A stretch of DNA of 64,000 nucleotides from assembly GCA_965219385.1 (NCBI GenBank), contig CBDCNM010000001.1:980631-1044630 (forward strand), given 5' to 3'. The stretch comes from Candidatus Latescibacterota bacterium. GTDB lineage: Bacteria; Latescibacterota; UBA2968; UBA8231. Positions within the stretch are counted from its first letter, which is position 1; every line of letters starts with the position of its first letter. The notes under the pieces were generated by a model. It saw nothing but the letters and a program-made list of their open reading frames with translations, had not been told where the DNA came from and did not search any database. Positions 9,854 to 19,999 of this stretch are shown here, in pieces. The position numbers and the translations under genes were made by a program.

Positions 9854-10771
9854 GTGGAGCCTATTCGATCGCCACCCACACACGCTATGGGCTCCAACGG
9901 GCCTGCCGCATCTGGCAGGTGCCGCGCTCGACGGTCTATGCCCACTGGCACCGGTCGGACGGTGAGGGATCCATCGACTCCCACTCGCCTAAAAAGCGGG
10001 GACCGATGGGCCCGTGCTCGGACCCGGTGTTGGTCGAGCATATCCGCCAGGTGCTGGCTGAATCGCCTTTTCATGGGGAAGGCTACCGCAAGGTGTGGGC
10101 GAAGTGGCGCTTTGCCGGGCTCCGCACCTCGAAGGAGCGGGTGCGGCGGCTGATGCGTGAGCACGGCTTGCAGGCCCCTTCGCGCGTGGGGCATCCGCAC
10201 GGCCCCAAAGCCCACGACGGCACCATTATCACCGAGCAGCCCGACGTGATGTGGGGCACGGATGCGACAACGACGATCACCCTGGAAGAAGGCCAAGCGC
10301 ATGGCTTTGTCGGCGTCGATCATTGTACCTTTGAATGCACGGGAATCCATGCCTCGGCCAAGGGGGATCGCTTCGAAGCGATCGAGCCGATCCGGCAAGG
10401 CGTCCGGGCACACTTTGGGGGCTATGCCGCCCCGATCGCCGAGAGGCTGAAAATACGGCATGATCATGGCTCGATCTACGTATCGGATGATTTCCAAAAT
10501 GAACTGGATTTCCTCGGCATGGTATCCTCGCCCTCCTTCGTGCGCGAGCCCCAAGGCAACGGTTGCGCCGAGCGCTTTATTGGCCTGCTCAAAGAGAATC
10601 TGCTGTGGGTACGCACCTTTTCTACCATTGAGGAGCTGCGGCGATCCCTCATCGAATTCAAGCAGCAATACAACCAACCAGCAGTGGATCCTGCAACGCC
10701 ACGGCTATAAAACCCCGGCCCAGGTGCGACAGGAAAAACGCCAATCCCAGTACGCCGAGGCGGCGGGATGA
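9850..10771 (+). pseudogene. IS3 OrfB integrase core, frameshifted near the C-terminus
   Basis: WGTD, RHDHGS, GNGCAERF; AACC duplication near 10672 separates the WILQRHGYKTPAQ tail. Confidence 0.8.
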
Positions 10772-10824
10772 AACCCAAAATAGTGTCCAATAGATCTAGG
10801 GCTTGACACAAGTCTTTTGCCGAT

Positions 10825-11493
10825 TTACAACATATTCATTTCTTCACGTGCTTTATTGACTATGGGAGAATTGGTAAAATCTTTGGTTATTTGTTTCAAT
10901 ACCCTTTTTTGATTGGCGCCATCCCCCGCCGAACCATAACAACGAGCCGCTTCAAGGAGGGCCAAAGAAGCCTGCAAGGTGCCTTCGTGGGCCGCGGCGT
11001 ACTCCTGATATTTTTTAGCGGCTTTCAGCAAGTCTCCCTGGGCTTCCCAACAAGCTGCCAGGCCATTCCATGCGGCAAAAACCAGGATATCTAATTGACC
11101 ATAGTCGTCGAGATAAGTCTGATAAAGGCGTTGGGCATCAGGGTAACGCCCTTGGGCATAATAGCGATTGGCCAGGATCAACACAGCCTGTCCCGCGGCA
11201 GATGTTCCTTCGAATCTTGTAGTTAATTCTTCTCCGAGCCGGACGGCGTCATCGAGGCGGCTTTCCTCCTCCGCCATCCAGATTTCCCCCAGCTTTATCG
11301 CCGCTTCAAACCGGGCTTCCTCTTGAGCCTTTACAATGAGATGGATCGCCAAACACAGGGCAACCACACCGACTCCACCGGCGATAAACAACTGAAGCCG
11401 CTCCCGAACATATTCGCTGGCTTGAAGGATCCATTCTATAAATTGATCTTCCCTAAGCTCGCTCTTGCTTAATTTTTTTCTCTCTCCTGGCAT
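10825..11493 (-). CDS. Membrane-anchored TPR protein (YfgM-like)
   Basis: N-terminal KSELREDQF, one TM helix, TPR-like helices. Confidence 0.75.
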   Translation of the reverse strand: MPGERKKLSKSELREDQFIEWILQASEYVRERLQLFIAGGVGVVALCLAIHLIVKAQEEARFEAAIKLGEIWMAEEESRLDDAVRLGEELTTRFEGTSAAGQAVLILANRYYAQGRYPDAQRLYQTYLDDYGQLDILVFAAWNGLAACWEAQGDLLKAAKKYQEYAAAHEGTLQASLALLEAARCYGSAGDGANQKRVLKQITKDFTNSPIVNKAREEMNML

Positions 11494-11509
11494 AGTATAA
11501 CTTCCTCAT

Positions 11510-12037
11510 CTAGTACTGGATAAGACTTTCAACGCGGTAACCACCCAACCGCTGTCGGCCGTGCAGAAAACACAATTCTACCATAAAATCAATCCCGATG
11601 ATATGCCCGCCCAAGCGCTCGACAAGCTTACAGGCCGCTTGCATAGTCCCTCCCGTAGCGAGCAAATCATCAACCATCAATACCCTCTGTTCGGGAAAAA
11701 TTGCATCCTGATGGATCTCCACTGCATCCGTACTATACTCTAGAGTGTACTCCTGCCTTAGAGAAGCAGCAGGCAACTTCCCTGGCTTGCGTACGGGTAC
11801 AAAGCCACACCCTCGCAACACCGCCATAGGGGTTCCCACAACGAAACCACGAGATTCTACTCCTACAATCAAATCGATCTCTTCATCGGCAAAAGGCTGC
11901 AACATGGCCTCCACAGCCGCTTTCAAGCCTTCTCCATGCTTCAGTAAGGTCGTTATATCCTTAAAAGAGATGCCAGGTTGGGGAAAACCCGGAACCTCGC
12001 GGATAAAATCTTTGTAATTAAATGGGTTGACAGGCAA
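11510..12037 (-). CDS. apt: Adenine phosphoribosyltransferase
   Basis: FKDITTLL, ESRGF, RKPGKLP, VDDLLATGGT; TTG start at 12037 inferred. Confidence 0.95.
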   Translation of the reverse strand: MPVNPFNYKDFIREVPGFPQPGISFKDITTLLKHGEGLKAAVEAMLQPFADEEIDLIVGVESRGFVVGTPMAVLRGCGFVPVRKPGKLPAASLRQEYTLEYSTDAVEIHQDAIFPEQRVLMVDDLLATGGTMQAACKLVERLGGHIIGIDFMVELCFLHGRQRLGGYRVESLIQY

Positions 12038-12123
12038 AGCTTCTCTTGAAGGTCTAGCAGGTTTATTTATGTTGTTATGTTTTTGTTTAAGATAGTGTTG
12101 GGGGTTGGGTGTGTCAATTGGTT

Positions 12124-12151
12124 TATTTACATAAAAATTATTATACGGCTT
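12124..12151 (-). other. dif-like Xer site 3
   Basis: Minus strand AAGCCGTATAA-TAATTT-TTATGTAAATA; both arms 10/11 identical to site 1. Confidence 0.7.
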
Positions 12152-12371
12152 TGTTATTCGATCTGAACCCGCACGGCCCCGCTTTTGAAAATTCAGGTTA
12201 AAATAAGGCATAAATAAAAGGCGCGGCCGCCGTGCCCTCGGTGAGAACTATCAACAAGCCGAGCAGGATAAGGGTCGCAAAAATTGGCCCCAACCACCAT
12301 TTCTTACGCACCCTCATAAAATCCCACAACTCCTTAACTATACTAAATTTACTTGGCATCTCTCACCCTCT

Positions 12372-13328
12372 TTAATCAAGTAAACGGCTCACAGACTCCC
12401 CGTGGTGAATCGCCTTTATGGCCTCCCCTATCATTCGACCGACGGAAACCACTTCAATCTTATCGGTGGGTTTTTCCGCTGGAAGAGGAATGGTATTGGT
12501 GACGACAAAGGTCTCAATCGGAGATGCATCAATACGCTCGAGGGCATTTCCAGCAAAAACTCCATGGGTACAGCCGGCCAAAATACGCCGTACCCCCTTC
12601 TCTTTAAGGAGTTTAACTGCTTCCATCATGGAACCTCCAGTGAGGACTTCATCATCGAAAAGAAGGGCATCCTTCCCTTCTATATCTCCAATAATATTAA
12701 GTATTTCAGCCTGTTCATCATCACCGTGTCGTCTTTTGTCCATAATGGCCAGTGGCAAATCTATCCTGCGGGCGTAAAAACTCGCTTCATCTGCACTTCC
12801 AACATCCGGAGATACCACCACAGCGTTGTTTAAATTCTTGGTTCTCAGGTGATTGCAAAGCAGCCCAGTCGCCCAGAGCTGATCTACTGGGATACGAGAA
12901 AAAGCAGCAATCTGCGGAGAGTGCAAGGTCATAGTCAAGATCCGGTCCGCCCCAGCGGTCTCGAGCAGGTCGGCCATGAGCCGCGCTGATATCGAGATAC
13001 GGGGCTCGTCTTTCTTATCTGAACGCACATAGGGGAAATAGGGCAAAACAGCGGTGATCCGCCGGGCAGATGCATACTTGAGGGCATCGATCAGGAGCAA
13101 AAGCTCGATGAAATGGTCATTTACCGGGGAACTGGAAGTCTGCACCACAAACACATCGTCTTCGCGGACATTTTCCCGAACCTTGACTTTGATATTATCG
13201 TTGGGACTTCGCTCTATGCTCTGGCGCCCTGGCTGGATATCAAGGTATTCACAGATTTCGTAGACAAGCCCGGAATTGCTTGTACCGGCCATGACCTTTA
13301 GATAATTCTTCATTTCGGCAATTCCCAA
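12372..13328 (-). CDS. prs: Ribose-phosphate pyrophosphokinase, paralogue 2
   Basis: YFPYVRSDKK, LHSPQI, SPDVG, DKRR, DDEVLTGGS. Confidence 0.92.
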   Translation of the reverse strand: MGIAEMKNYLKVMAGTSNSGLVYEICEYLDIQPGRQSIERSPNDNIKVKVRENVREDDVFVVQTSSSPVNDHFIELLLLIDALKYASARRITAVLPYFPYVRSDKKDEPRISISARLMADLLETAGADRILTMTLHSPQIAAFSRIPVDQLWATGLLCNHLRTKNLNNAVVVSPDVGSADEASFYARRIDLPLAIMDKRRHGDDEQAEILNIIGDIEGKDALLFDDEVLTGGSMMEAVKLLKEKGVRRILAGCTHGVFAGNALERIDASPIETFVVTNTIPLPAEKPTDKIEVVSVGRMIGEAIKAIHHGESVSRLLD

Positions 13329-13422
13329 CCTTAAATTTCAAAAACGCCGTGAGGACATACCCAGAAGCCTGCGATCACCTTGTGCTGCTCCCTCCAATCT
13401 TCCCGGGGGTTGTCCTAATATC

Positions 13423-13451
13423 TTGACAAGACGAGAACCCTATGCTAATTT
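13423..13451 (+). promoter_or_regulatory. Sigma70-type promoter for the TA operon
   Basis: TTGACA-17 nt-TAATTT with TG extended -10. Confidence 0.5.
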
Positions 13452-13497
13452 GCCGCTCTGTACGGTTCGGGTAATGCCCTGGAGAAGATAACCAACC

Positions 13498-13755
13498 ATG
13501 CCGCGCGTGAATATAATGCTGCCCGAGAACCTTTTAAACCAGATGGACCAAGTAGCCGCTGCGGAGGACATGAATCGCAGTCAGCTGGTGCGCACCGCCG
13601 TACTCGCCTATTTCGACCGGCTTGCTGAAACCAATCAGCGCCAGCAACGCCAGAATGATATCCTGAGAGCCATGGATATTCAGGACCACCTGCGACAGAC
13701 CCATGCGCCCTGGGATGCGCTTAAAATACTACGAGACCAGCGAGAAGAAGCATGA
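13498..13755 (+). CDS. Ribbon-helix-helix (CopG-like) antitoxin
   Basis: RVNIMLPENLLNQMDQVA...NRSQLVR; overlaps the PIN gene by ATGA. Confidence 0.8.
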   Translation: MPRVNIMLPENLLNQMDQVAAAEDMNRSQLVRTAVLAYFDRLAETNQRQQRQNDILRAMDIQDHLRQTHAPWDALKILRDQREEA

Positions 13756-14180
13756 TTCGGTATGCCCTTGACACATCGGTTATGCTCCGCTGGTTTACCC
13801 CGGCCCACGATCCGGATACGGAACGGGCCCTGCGTCTGCGGGCCGAACACCTGAATGAGACGGTAGAATTGGTGGTCCTGGATCAATCCATCTTTGAGCT
13901 TATTCACGTGCTCAAAGAAAGCACCCAATTCAACCAGGAGAGCATTGCCGATACCCTTGATAGCCTGGAATTCATGCATATCCACATCATTTCTTACAGC
14001 CACGAAATCGCCAGGAAGGCAGGACAAATCGCCTGTGAATACAATATCGGCATTTATGCGGCTTGTTTTGTCGCTCTCGGAGCCCACCTGCGCTGCCAGG
14101 CTGTCACCAGCGACGAGGAATTGTACCGGAAGGTCTCCTCTCTGCCCTGGACGATCCTCCTGACCCACCTGAATTTCTAG
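13752..14180 (+). CDS. vapC: PIN-domain VapC-like toxin
   Basis: YALDTSV, IFELIH, AVTSDEEL. Confidence 0.8.
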   Translation: MIRYALDTSVMLRWFTPAHDPDTERALRLRAEHLNETVELVVLDQSIFELIHVLKESTQFNQESIADTLDSLEFMHIHIISYSHEIARKAGQIACEYNIGIYAACFVALGAHLRCQAVTSDEELYRKVSSLPWTILLTHLNF

Positions 14181-14183
14181 ACC

Positions 14184-15368
14184 CTAAATCCGCTTCAACG
14201 CCTGCTCGATATCGGCCACCAACTCATCGGCATCCTCGATACCCACTGAGTAGCGCACCAATTCGTCCTTGATTCCAATGGCCAGGCGGTCCTCCCGACT
14301 CAAATCGTAGTATGAAACCGATGCCGGATGGGACACCAGGCTTTCAACGCCCCCCAGGCTGGGGGCGATATAGGGAATCTTCAAAGCGTGGATGAAACCG
14401 CGCGTACGGGCGAGATCCCCATCAACATCAAAGCTTACCACCCCACCAAACCCCCTCATCTGCTGGACCGCGATATGGTGGTCGCCATGACTTTCAAGCC
14501 CAGGATAGTATACCTGCTTGATCTTATCCTGGCCCTCCAGATAATGGGCAATGTGTTGTGCCGTTTTGTTCTGGTGCCCAACCCGCAGGGCCAGGGTCTT
14601 CAAACCCCGGATAAGCAGATACGCCGTATTGGGATCCACCACTCCTCCCATCACTTTCTGAAAATCCTTGATGGCTGCTACCAGAGGGGCAGATCCACAG
14701 ATACAACCCGCCATGAGATCATTGTGACCTCCCAGGTATTTGGTGGCGCTGTGGATGACGAGATCCACATTGTACTCGAGAGGCCGCTGGTTTATGGGCG
14801 TGGCAAAGGTGCTGTCGATTAAAACCTTGAGTCTGTGTTCTCGGGCAAACGGCACGAGCCGTTCCAGATCAACTACGTGGAGATGAGGATTGGTCGGCGA
14901 CTCGGTGAAAATAATTCGGGTATTGGGCTGGATTGCGGCTTTTAGGGCATCAAAATCTCCCGGTTTCACAAAGCTACTCTCGATGCCGAATTTTTTGACC
15001 GTATTGCAAAACTGGGTCGTCTTGCGATAGCAATCCTCCGTGATAATCAGGTGCTGCCCACTCCTGAGCATAGCGAGCAAAGCCGTGGTTACAGCACTCA
15101 TTCCGGTGGGAAACAACAGCGCTTTTTCAGCATGCTCCAGAGCTGCAATTTTATCTTCAGCACTTTTCTGGGTGGGGTTCCCATAGCGGCCATACTCGAA
15201 GTGTTGCCGCTCTCCTGCCGTGTACTCTTCGACTTCGTCCAGGTTTTCGAACACGTAGGTAGCAGTCTGAGCAATGGGATTGGTCAGAGATTGGGCAAAT
15301 TTTATCCGCTCTTCTCCGCCGTGTACCGACTCAGTAGAAAGACCGGCAAAGCCCTTATTTTTGTTCAT
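14184..15368 (-). CDS. Cystathionine gamma-synthase-like PLP enzyme (plant-like motifs)
   Basis: YGRYGNPT, DCYRKT, ESPTNP, HSATKYLGGHND, SLGGVESL. Confidence 0.85.
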   Translation of the reverse strand: MNKNKGFAGLSTESVHGGEERIKFAQSLTNPIAQTATYVFENLDEVEEYTAGERQHFEYGRYGNPTQKSAEDKIAALEHAEKALLFPTGMSAVTTALLAMLRSGQHLIITEDCYRKTTQFCNTVKKFGIESSFVKPGDFDALKAAIQPNTRIIFTESPTNPHLHVVDLERLVPFAREHRLKVLIDSTFATPINQRPLEYNVDLVIHSATKYLGGHNDLMAGCICGSAPLVAAIKDFQKVMGGVVDPNTAYLLIRGLKTLALRVGHQNKTAQHIAHYLEGQDKIKQVYYPGLESHGDHHIAVQQMRGFGGVVSFDVDGDLARTRGFIHALKIPYIAPSLGGVESLVSHPASVSYYDLSREDRLAIGIKDELVRYSVGIEDADELVADIEQALKRI

Positions 15369-15369
15369 A

Positions 15370-16707
15370 TCAACCCTTTTCCAGCGCTTTGAGGACTGCC
15401 TGCCGGACTTTTTCATACTTTGCATTGACCTCGACGAGCCGGTTCCGATAGTTTGGTTCGACCCCAAATTCAGCAAGCCTATCTTCGTGATACCCAATTT
15501 TATAATCAGAGAACTTCAAACCGTGTGCGGTTGAAACGACCAGTACCTTATCAGTGCTTTTTACCTTTTTCTTTTGGACCAGCTTGAAAAGCGCGGCCAG
15601 AGCCACGCCAGTGTGTGGACAAGTAAAAAGACCCGTCCTATCCGCCCGAGCCGATGCATTGGCCAATTCGTCTTCTGTAGCCTGCTCGACAATGCCATCG
15701 AATTTTTGCAGGGTTCGCACCGCTCGTTCCCGGCTGACAGGATTGCCGATCTGAATCGCCGTAGCAAGCGTGGCACGGGCTTTTTGTACCTTAAAAGTTT
15801 GAAAATTATCCAGATAACTTAAATACAGGGGGTTGGCATGGGCCGCCTGGGCAACGGCAATACGCGGCAGGCGATCAATGATCCCCATTTCCTTCATTTC
15901 CAAGAACCCCTTACCTAGAGCACTCACATTACCCAAATTCCCCCCGGGAATCACGACCCAATCCGGAACGGACCAATCATCCTGCTGGACTAGTTCTATG
16001 GCTACGGTTTTCTGCCCCTCGATCCGCAGAGAATTCATCGAATTGGCCAGGTAAATATTCTCCTTATGACATATTTCCTTCATCAACTCCATACACCCAT
16101 CAAAATCCGTATCCAGATACAAGGTCAGGGCGCCATTGGCAATGGGCTGGATGAGCTGGGCGGGGGAGATTTTGTCCCTGGGCAAAAATACAAACACCGG
16201 TATTCCGGCAGCCGCACCGTAGGCTGCCAGTGCCGCCGAAGTGTCCCCGGTCGAAGCACAGGCTACAGCAGGGATGTTCTGACCTTCGGCGATCATTTGT
16301 TTAACCATCGAGACCAAAACGGTCATGCCCAGGTCCTTGAAAGACCCAGTATGACTGTTGCCACATTGCTTGACCCACAGGTCTTCCACCCCGATCTCCC
16401 TGCCGAGGCGTTCGGCCTTGAAAAGATTGCTGCCCCCCTCATACATAGAGACCACATTCGCGTCTTCCACCACAGGACAGACCATCTCCTTTTTGCCCCA
16501 GACCGAACTGCCATAAGGCACCTCGGTGCGCATATAGCGTTGGTCAAAAAGCTTCATCCAGGCATAAGCCGACTTTCGCTTCAATGCATCCATATCGTGG
16601 CGCACTTCAAGCAAACCGCCACAATTTTTACACTCGTACACAATCTCAGTCAGCGGGTACCGCTCACCTCGACAGTGCAGGCATTGAAACCAGGCTCGGT
16701 AGGCCAT
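15370..16707 (-). CDS. thrC: Threonine synthase (plant-like type)
   Basis: [40 protein letters not shown]. Confidence 0.93.
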   Translation of the reverse strand: MAYRAWFQCLHCRGERYPLTEIVYECKNCGGLLEVRHDMDALKRKSAYAWMKLFDQRYMRTEVPYGSSVWGKKEMVCPVVEDANVVSMYEGGSNLFKAERLGREIGVEDLWVKQCGNSHTGSFKDLGMTVLVSMVKQMIAEGQNIPAVACASTGDTSAALAAYGAAAGIPVFVFLPRDKISPAQLIQPIANGALTLYLDTDFDGCMELMKEICHKENIYLANSMNSLRIEGQKTVAIELVQQDDWSVPDWVVIPGGNLGNVSALGKGFLEMKEMGIIDRLPRIAVAQAAHANPLYLSYLDNFQTFKVQKARATLATAIQIGNPVSRERAVRTLQKFDGIVEQATEDELANASARADRTGLFTCPHTGVALAALFKLVQKKKVKSTDKVLVVSTAHGLKFSDYKIGYHEDRLAEFGVEPNYRNRLVEVNAKYEKVRQAVLKALEKG

Positions 16708-16730
16708 ATATCTTTTCTCGGGTAGACGGG

Positions 16731-17273
16731 CTAATTCAATATACGGCGTAATAATAACTGCAGCAACAGAATATCCACGACTGTCTCAGGAAATATATAG
16801 CTTGCATTGTAGAACAGCGAATAGAGCCAGACAGGTTGTCCCTGCGGAGCCATTTGCCCCCAAAATACAATCCCGGAAATAAAATGTGCGAGAAAACGCA
16901 GGGTGTTCCCCAGGAGGACTCCGGTTATAATCTGTACTGGAAGGGCATAGGGAGCAGCTCTGGCAGCAGTTGTCCGCGGGAAACCCAGCCCTGCCATTCC
17001 GGCAAGGCCAAAAGCTATTGGGTAATCTAAAGGGAACTGGATGGGATGAATCCAATGAGGTTCAGAGATAAAATGCACCATCCCATAAACCCCACCTGCA
17101 GCTACGCCCCCTTTCCACCCATGCCTGAATGCCACAACAAAAATCGGCAGCATGTGCAGACTGATTGAGCCACCATAGGGCAAGCGAGGTACAGGCAGGA
17201 TTTTTGAAAACCCATCGAGAAGTATGGCAAGTGCTATCGCCAATGCTATTTCGCTATAAAGCCGAATATTCAT
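16731..17273 (-). CDS. thiT: ECF S-component thiamine transporter ThiT-like
   Basis: [36 protein letters not shown]. Confidence 0.85.
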   Translation of the reverse strand: MNIRLYSEIALAIALAILLDGFSKILPVPRLPYGGSISLHMLPIFVVAFRHGWKGGVAAGGVYGMVHFISEPHWIHPIQFPLDYPIAFGLAGMAGLGFPRTTAARAAPYALPVQIITGVLLGNTLRFLAHFISGIVFWGQMAPQGQPVWLYSLFYNASYIFPETVVDILLLQLLLRRILN

Positions 17274-17480
17274 AAATCAGCCAAAAAGACAATTTTGACT
17301 TTTCTAAACCATTGCTCCACAAGACAAAAAATCATAGAAAATTTAGGAACCCCAGTAGGATTTCGGGCGTTTAATCCAATACGAGCCATCCCGGTCATGG
17401 CTCGTATCCCTCCCTTGCGGCCAGAGGCATTTCGTTTCGCTTCTGGCCGTTTTTATACCTCTAACCTCTTGATTTATAAA

Positions 17481-18488
17481 CTAATTTAGGCGCTGAATTA
17501 TAACTATCCCCATGGGCATTTCAACAATATCGCTTACTTCACCTGTTTGAAGTTGTAAGACCGCTTGCTCAAATGGTTCTAAAAGTTCGCCCGGTCCAAA
17601 AAAACCCAAATCTCCCCCATCCTGGGCATTGGGTGCCTGAGAAAATTGATGAGCCAGCTTGCCAAAATCTTCCCCCTGCTCAAGACGCTGTAGTAAATCC
17701 CTGGCTTCGGCCTGTGTTTTCACAAGAATATAGCGCGCCCTCATCTTGCCATCCATTATAGAGCGAATCGCTTCCATTCTGAGGTTAATGGCGTGGTTTA
17801 TCAGAGGGTCTTGAGCTAGTGTTTTAGCACGGCTGTAGTAATCGAGGGACTGCCTGTATCGGGCCTGCAAAGCGTAGAGGAAAGCTATGTTGTTATAGGC
17901 TTCGACATCATCGGCGAGAACCTCTAGGACCTTGTGATAGTGGTCAACTGCCAGATCCAGCGAATCCTGTTGAGTAAAATAATAGCCCAGGAATCTGTGA
18001 GCTTGGGGATTGGCTGGACTCAATTGTAAAGCAGTATCCAGATGGGCCCGGGACTTGCCCGGCAAGCCGGCCTGCAAGTACAGGACTCCGAGCTGGGCCT
18101 GAAGCCCGGCGGATTCAGGGGCAAATGAGCGCGCCTTTTGCACATAGTGGATGGCCGAATCCAGCTTTCCACTGGCCATAAAAGCCTCGCCAATCTTAGC
18201 GAGGACGGATATCTGGCCGGGTTTTTCAATCAAAGAACGCTGCCAAGTATTCTTCGCCTTTTCAAACGCCCCAATCCGCAGATAAAACTCCCCCAGCCGA
18301 TTTAAAAACCGCGCACTTCCAGCACCTGCCTCCAGGGCCTTTTCGTACTCTTCGACTGCCAGTTCCAGGCGGCCCTGGACAGCAAAGTGATCACCCCGCT
18401 GTATGTGTTTTAAAATTTCAGGTTCCTCCTGAGCGGCCACTCCCTTCCAGGCCAGACCTAAACAGCCTAGCAGCACTATGTACAGCAT
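17481..18488 (-). CDS. Secreted TPR protein with C-terminal parvulin PPIase
   Basis: Signal peptide, TPR repeats, GEDFGKLAHQFS...GGDLGFF. Confidence 0.85.
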   Translation of the reverse strand: MLYIVLLGCLGLAWKGVAAQEEPEILKHIQRGDHFAVQGRLELAVEEYEKALEAGAGSARFLNRLGEFYLRIGAFEKAKNTWQRSLIEKPGQISVLAKIGEAFMASGKLDSAIHYVQKARSFAPESAGLQAQLGVLYLQAGLPGKSRAHLDTALQLSPANPQAHRFLGYYFTQQDSLDLAVDHYHKVLEVLADDVEAYNNIAFLYALQARYRQSLDYYSRAKTLAQDPLINHAINLRMEAIRSIMDGKMRARYILVKTQAEARDLLQRLEQGEDFGKLAHQFSQAPNAQDGGDLGFFGPGELLEPFEQAVLQLQTGEVSDIVEMPMGIVIIQRLN

Positions 18489-18515
18489 CCCAAACCTTCC
18501 TTTGTGGAGACGTAA

Positions 18516-19292
18516 CTAGGGTTCCTGACAGAGCTTGCAAAACACCTCCCGGGTAATCTCCCGGATGAGAAGCCCCTTATCCAGGCCGGATAAAGAGGCG
18601 GTCTTGGTGGAACGATCCAGGTCACAGGACGGAAGGTCGCCCACATCAAACCGCCGGCGCAGCGCGCTTACTTGTTGGGCATTGAGGGTGTTTACCGATC
18701 CAAGTTGATGGGCAACCAAGGCGATTTTGGCGAAATGTTCTACGGTTTCCATCTTGAAATGCGCATCCATGACCCCCTTTCCCAATGTCACTACCCCGTG
18801 GTTGGCCATCAACACAGCGTCGTGATCTTTGAGCAGGGGCTTCATGGGCTTGACAATATCAGGTCCTCCCGGCGTGCCATAAGCTGCCAGTGGAATCCCT
18901 CCCATAGCGACGATCACTTCGGGCAAGATACACTGAGTCAGTTCGATTCCCGCCACGGAAAAACCCGTAGCTGTAGGGGGGTGTGCGTGTACAATGGCCT
19001 GAATATCCTGGCGCATCTTATAGATCTCCAGGTGCATGCGGATCTCGGATGAAATCTTCATGTGGCCCGCGACCTGATTGCCATCCATATCACAGGTAGA
19101 AACCATGTCCTCGGACATGAAACCTTTACTGACACCTGTAGGGGTACATAGAATGCGATCCCGACCCATGCGCGCGCTAATGTTGCCGTCATTGGCCGCT
19201 ACGAAACCGCTCTGATAAATCCTTCTGCCTACTTCGCATATATCGCGTCGGATGGCATGAGGAGGGTTTGGACTCCAGGTGTCTTCTGCCAT
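18516..19292 (-). CDS. Class II aldolase with probable BMC encapsulation peptide
   Basis: GNISAR, TPTG, SSEIRMH, HAHP, ANHG; C-terminal LIREITREVFCKL. Confidence 0.88.
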   Translation of the reverse strand: MAEDTWSPNPPHAIRRDICEVGRRIYQSGFVAANDGNISARMGRDRILCTPTGVSKGFMSEDMVSTCDMDGNQVAGHMKISSEIRMHLEIYKMRQDIQAIVHAHPPTATGFSVAGIELTQCILPEVIVAMGGIPLAAYGTPGGPDIVKPMKPLLKDHDAVLMANHGVVTLGKGVMDAHFKMETVEHFAKIALVAHQLGSVNTLNAQQVSALRRRFDVGDLPSCDLDRSTKTASLSGLDKGLLIREITREVFCKLCQEP

Positions 19293-19444
19293 GTAAATCC
19301 CCTTTCAAATAGAGATGAGTTGGAGCCGGCTTGGGGGCTTGCTCCACAGCAGAGGGGGTTGCCGGTACAACAGGCACATCCCGGTGAGAGGCATGGTGTG
19401 GGGGATCGCGGACAGGGTGCGGAGGGTATCAGGTTAAGCGCCAG

Positions 19445-19726
19445 CTACTTGGTTTTGGAAATCGGCAATACGGTTTCAAGACTTTCATGAGGACGTGGAA
19501 TTACATGACTGGAGATCACCTCACCTACCTTTGCCGCAGCCAGCGCACCGGCGTCTGTTGCAGCTTTGACCGCGGCGACATCCCCTCGGACTACTGCAGT
19601 GACCAGCCCTCCACCTATTTGCTGCCACCCTATAAGTTCGACGTTGGCGGCCTTGGCCATGGCATCGGTCGCTTCGATCATAGCCACCAATCCGCGCGTC
19701 TCAATCATACCCAGTGCTTGGCCCAT
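19445..19726 (-). CDS. BMC-H microcompartment shell protein (EutM/PduA-like)
   Basis: [10 protein letters not shown]...DAMAKAANV...GDVAAVKAA...HVIPRPH. Confidence 0.96.
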   Translation of the reverse strand: MGQALGMIETRGLVAMIEATDAMAKAANVELIGWQQIGGGLVTAVVRGDVAAVKAATDAGALAAAKVGEVISSHVIPRPHESLETVLPISKTK

Positions 19727-19999
19727 TTGAAATTCACTTGCAACAGTCGGACTTGTAACAGATCATGCGATCTCACCAAGCCCTTCCACTGCCCTCCTTT
19801 CCTCGTAGGCATTCCAGACTAATGATAAATTTAGAAAAATAGGGGGGGGCGTATTCAAAGTCAAGATTTTATCCTCCCTTCCCCAAGTACCAGCTTGACA
19901 ATTTCAGTAAGGCCTCGCTATTTTTTGCCAGAATATGATTTGACCTATTCTAGCTTTTCATCAGACCTCAGAAGCCGTCTCAAACTTGAATAGGATGCA

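Larger units (their letters stand above)
9450..10808 (+). mobile_element. IS3-family insertion sequence
   Basis: Imperfect TIRs TGGCTAGCCCCAGAGTTATATTGGACAC / GTGTCCAATAGATCTAGGGCTTGACA; orfA plus DDE orfB; TSD ambiguous. Confidence 0.85.

Noticed and set aside
9445..10677. 410-aa minus-strand ORF
   Set aside because: Antisense shadow of the IS3 transposase genes.
17280..17480. TPP riboswitch expected upstream of thiT
   Set aside because: Conserved CTGAGA and CCTGA...TAATxC motifs not found on the minus strand.
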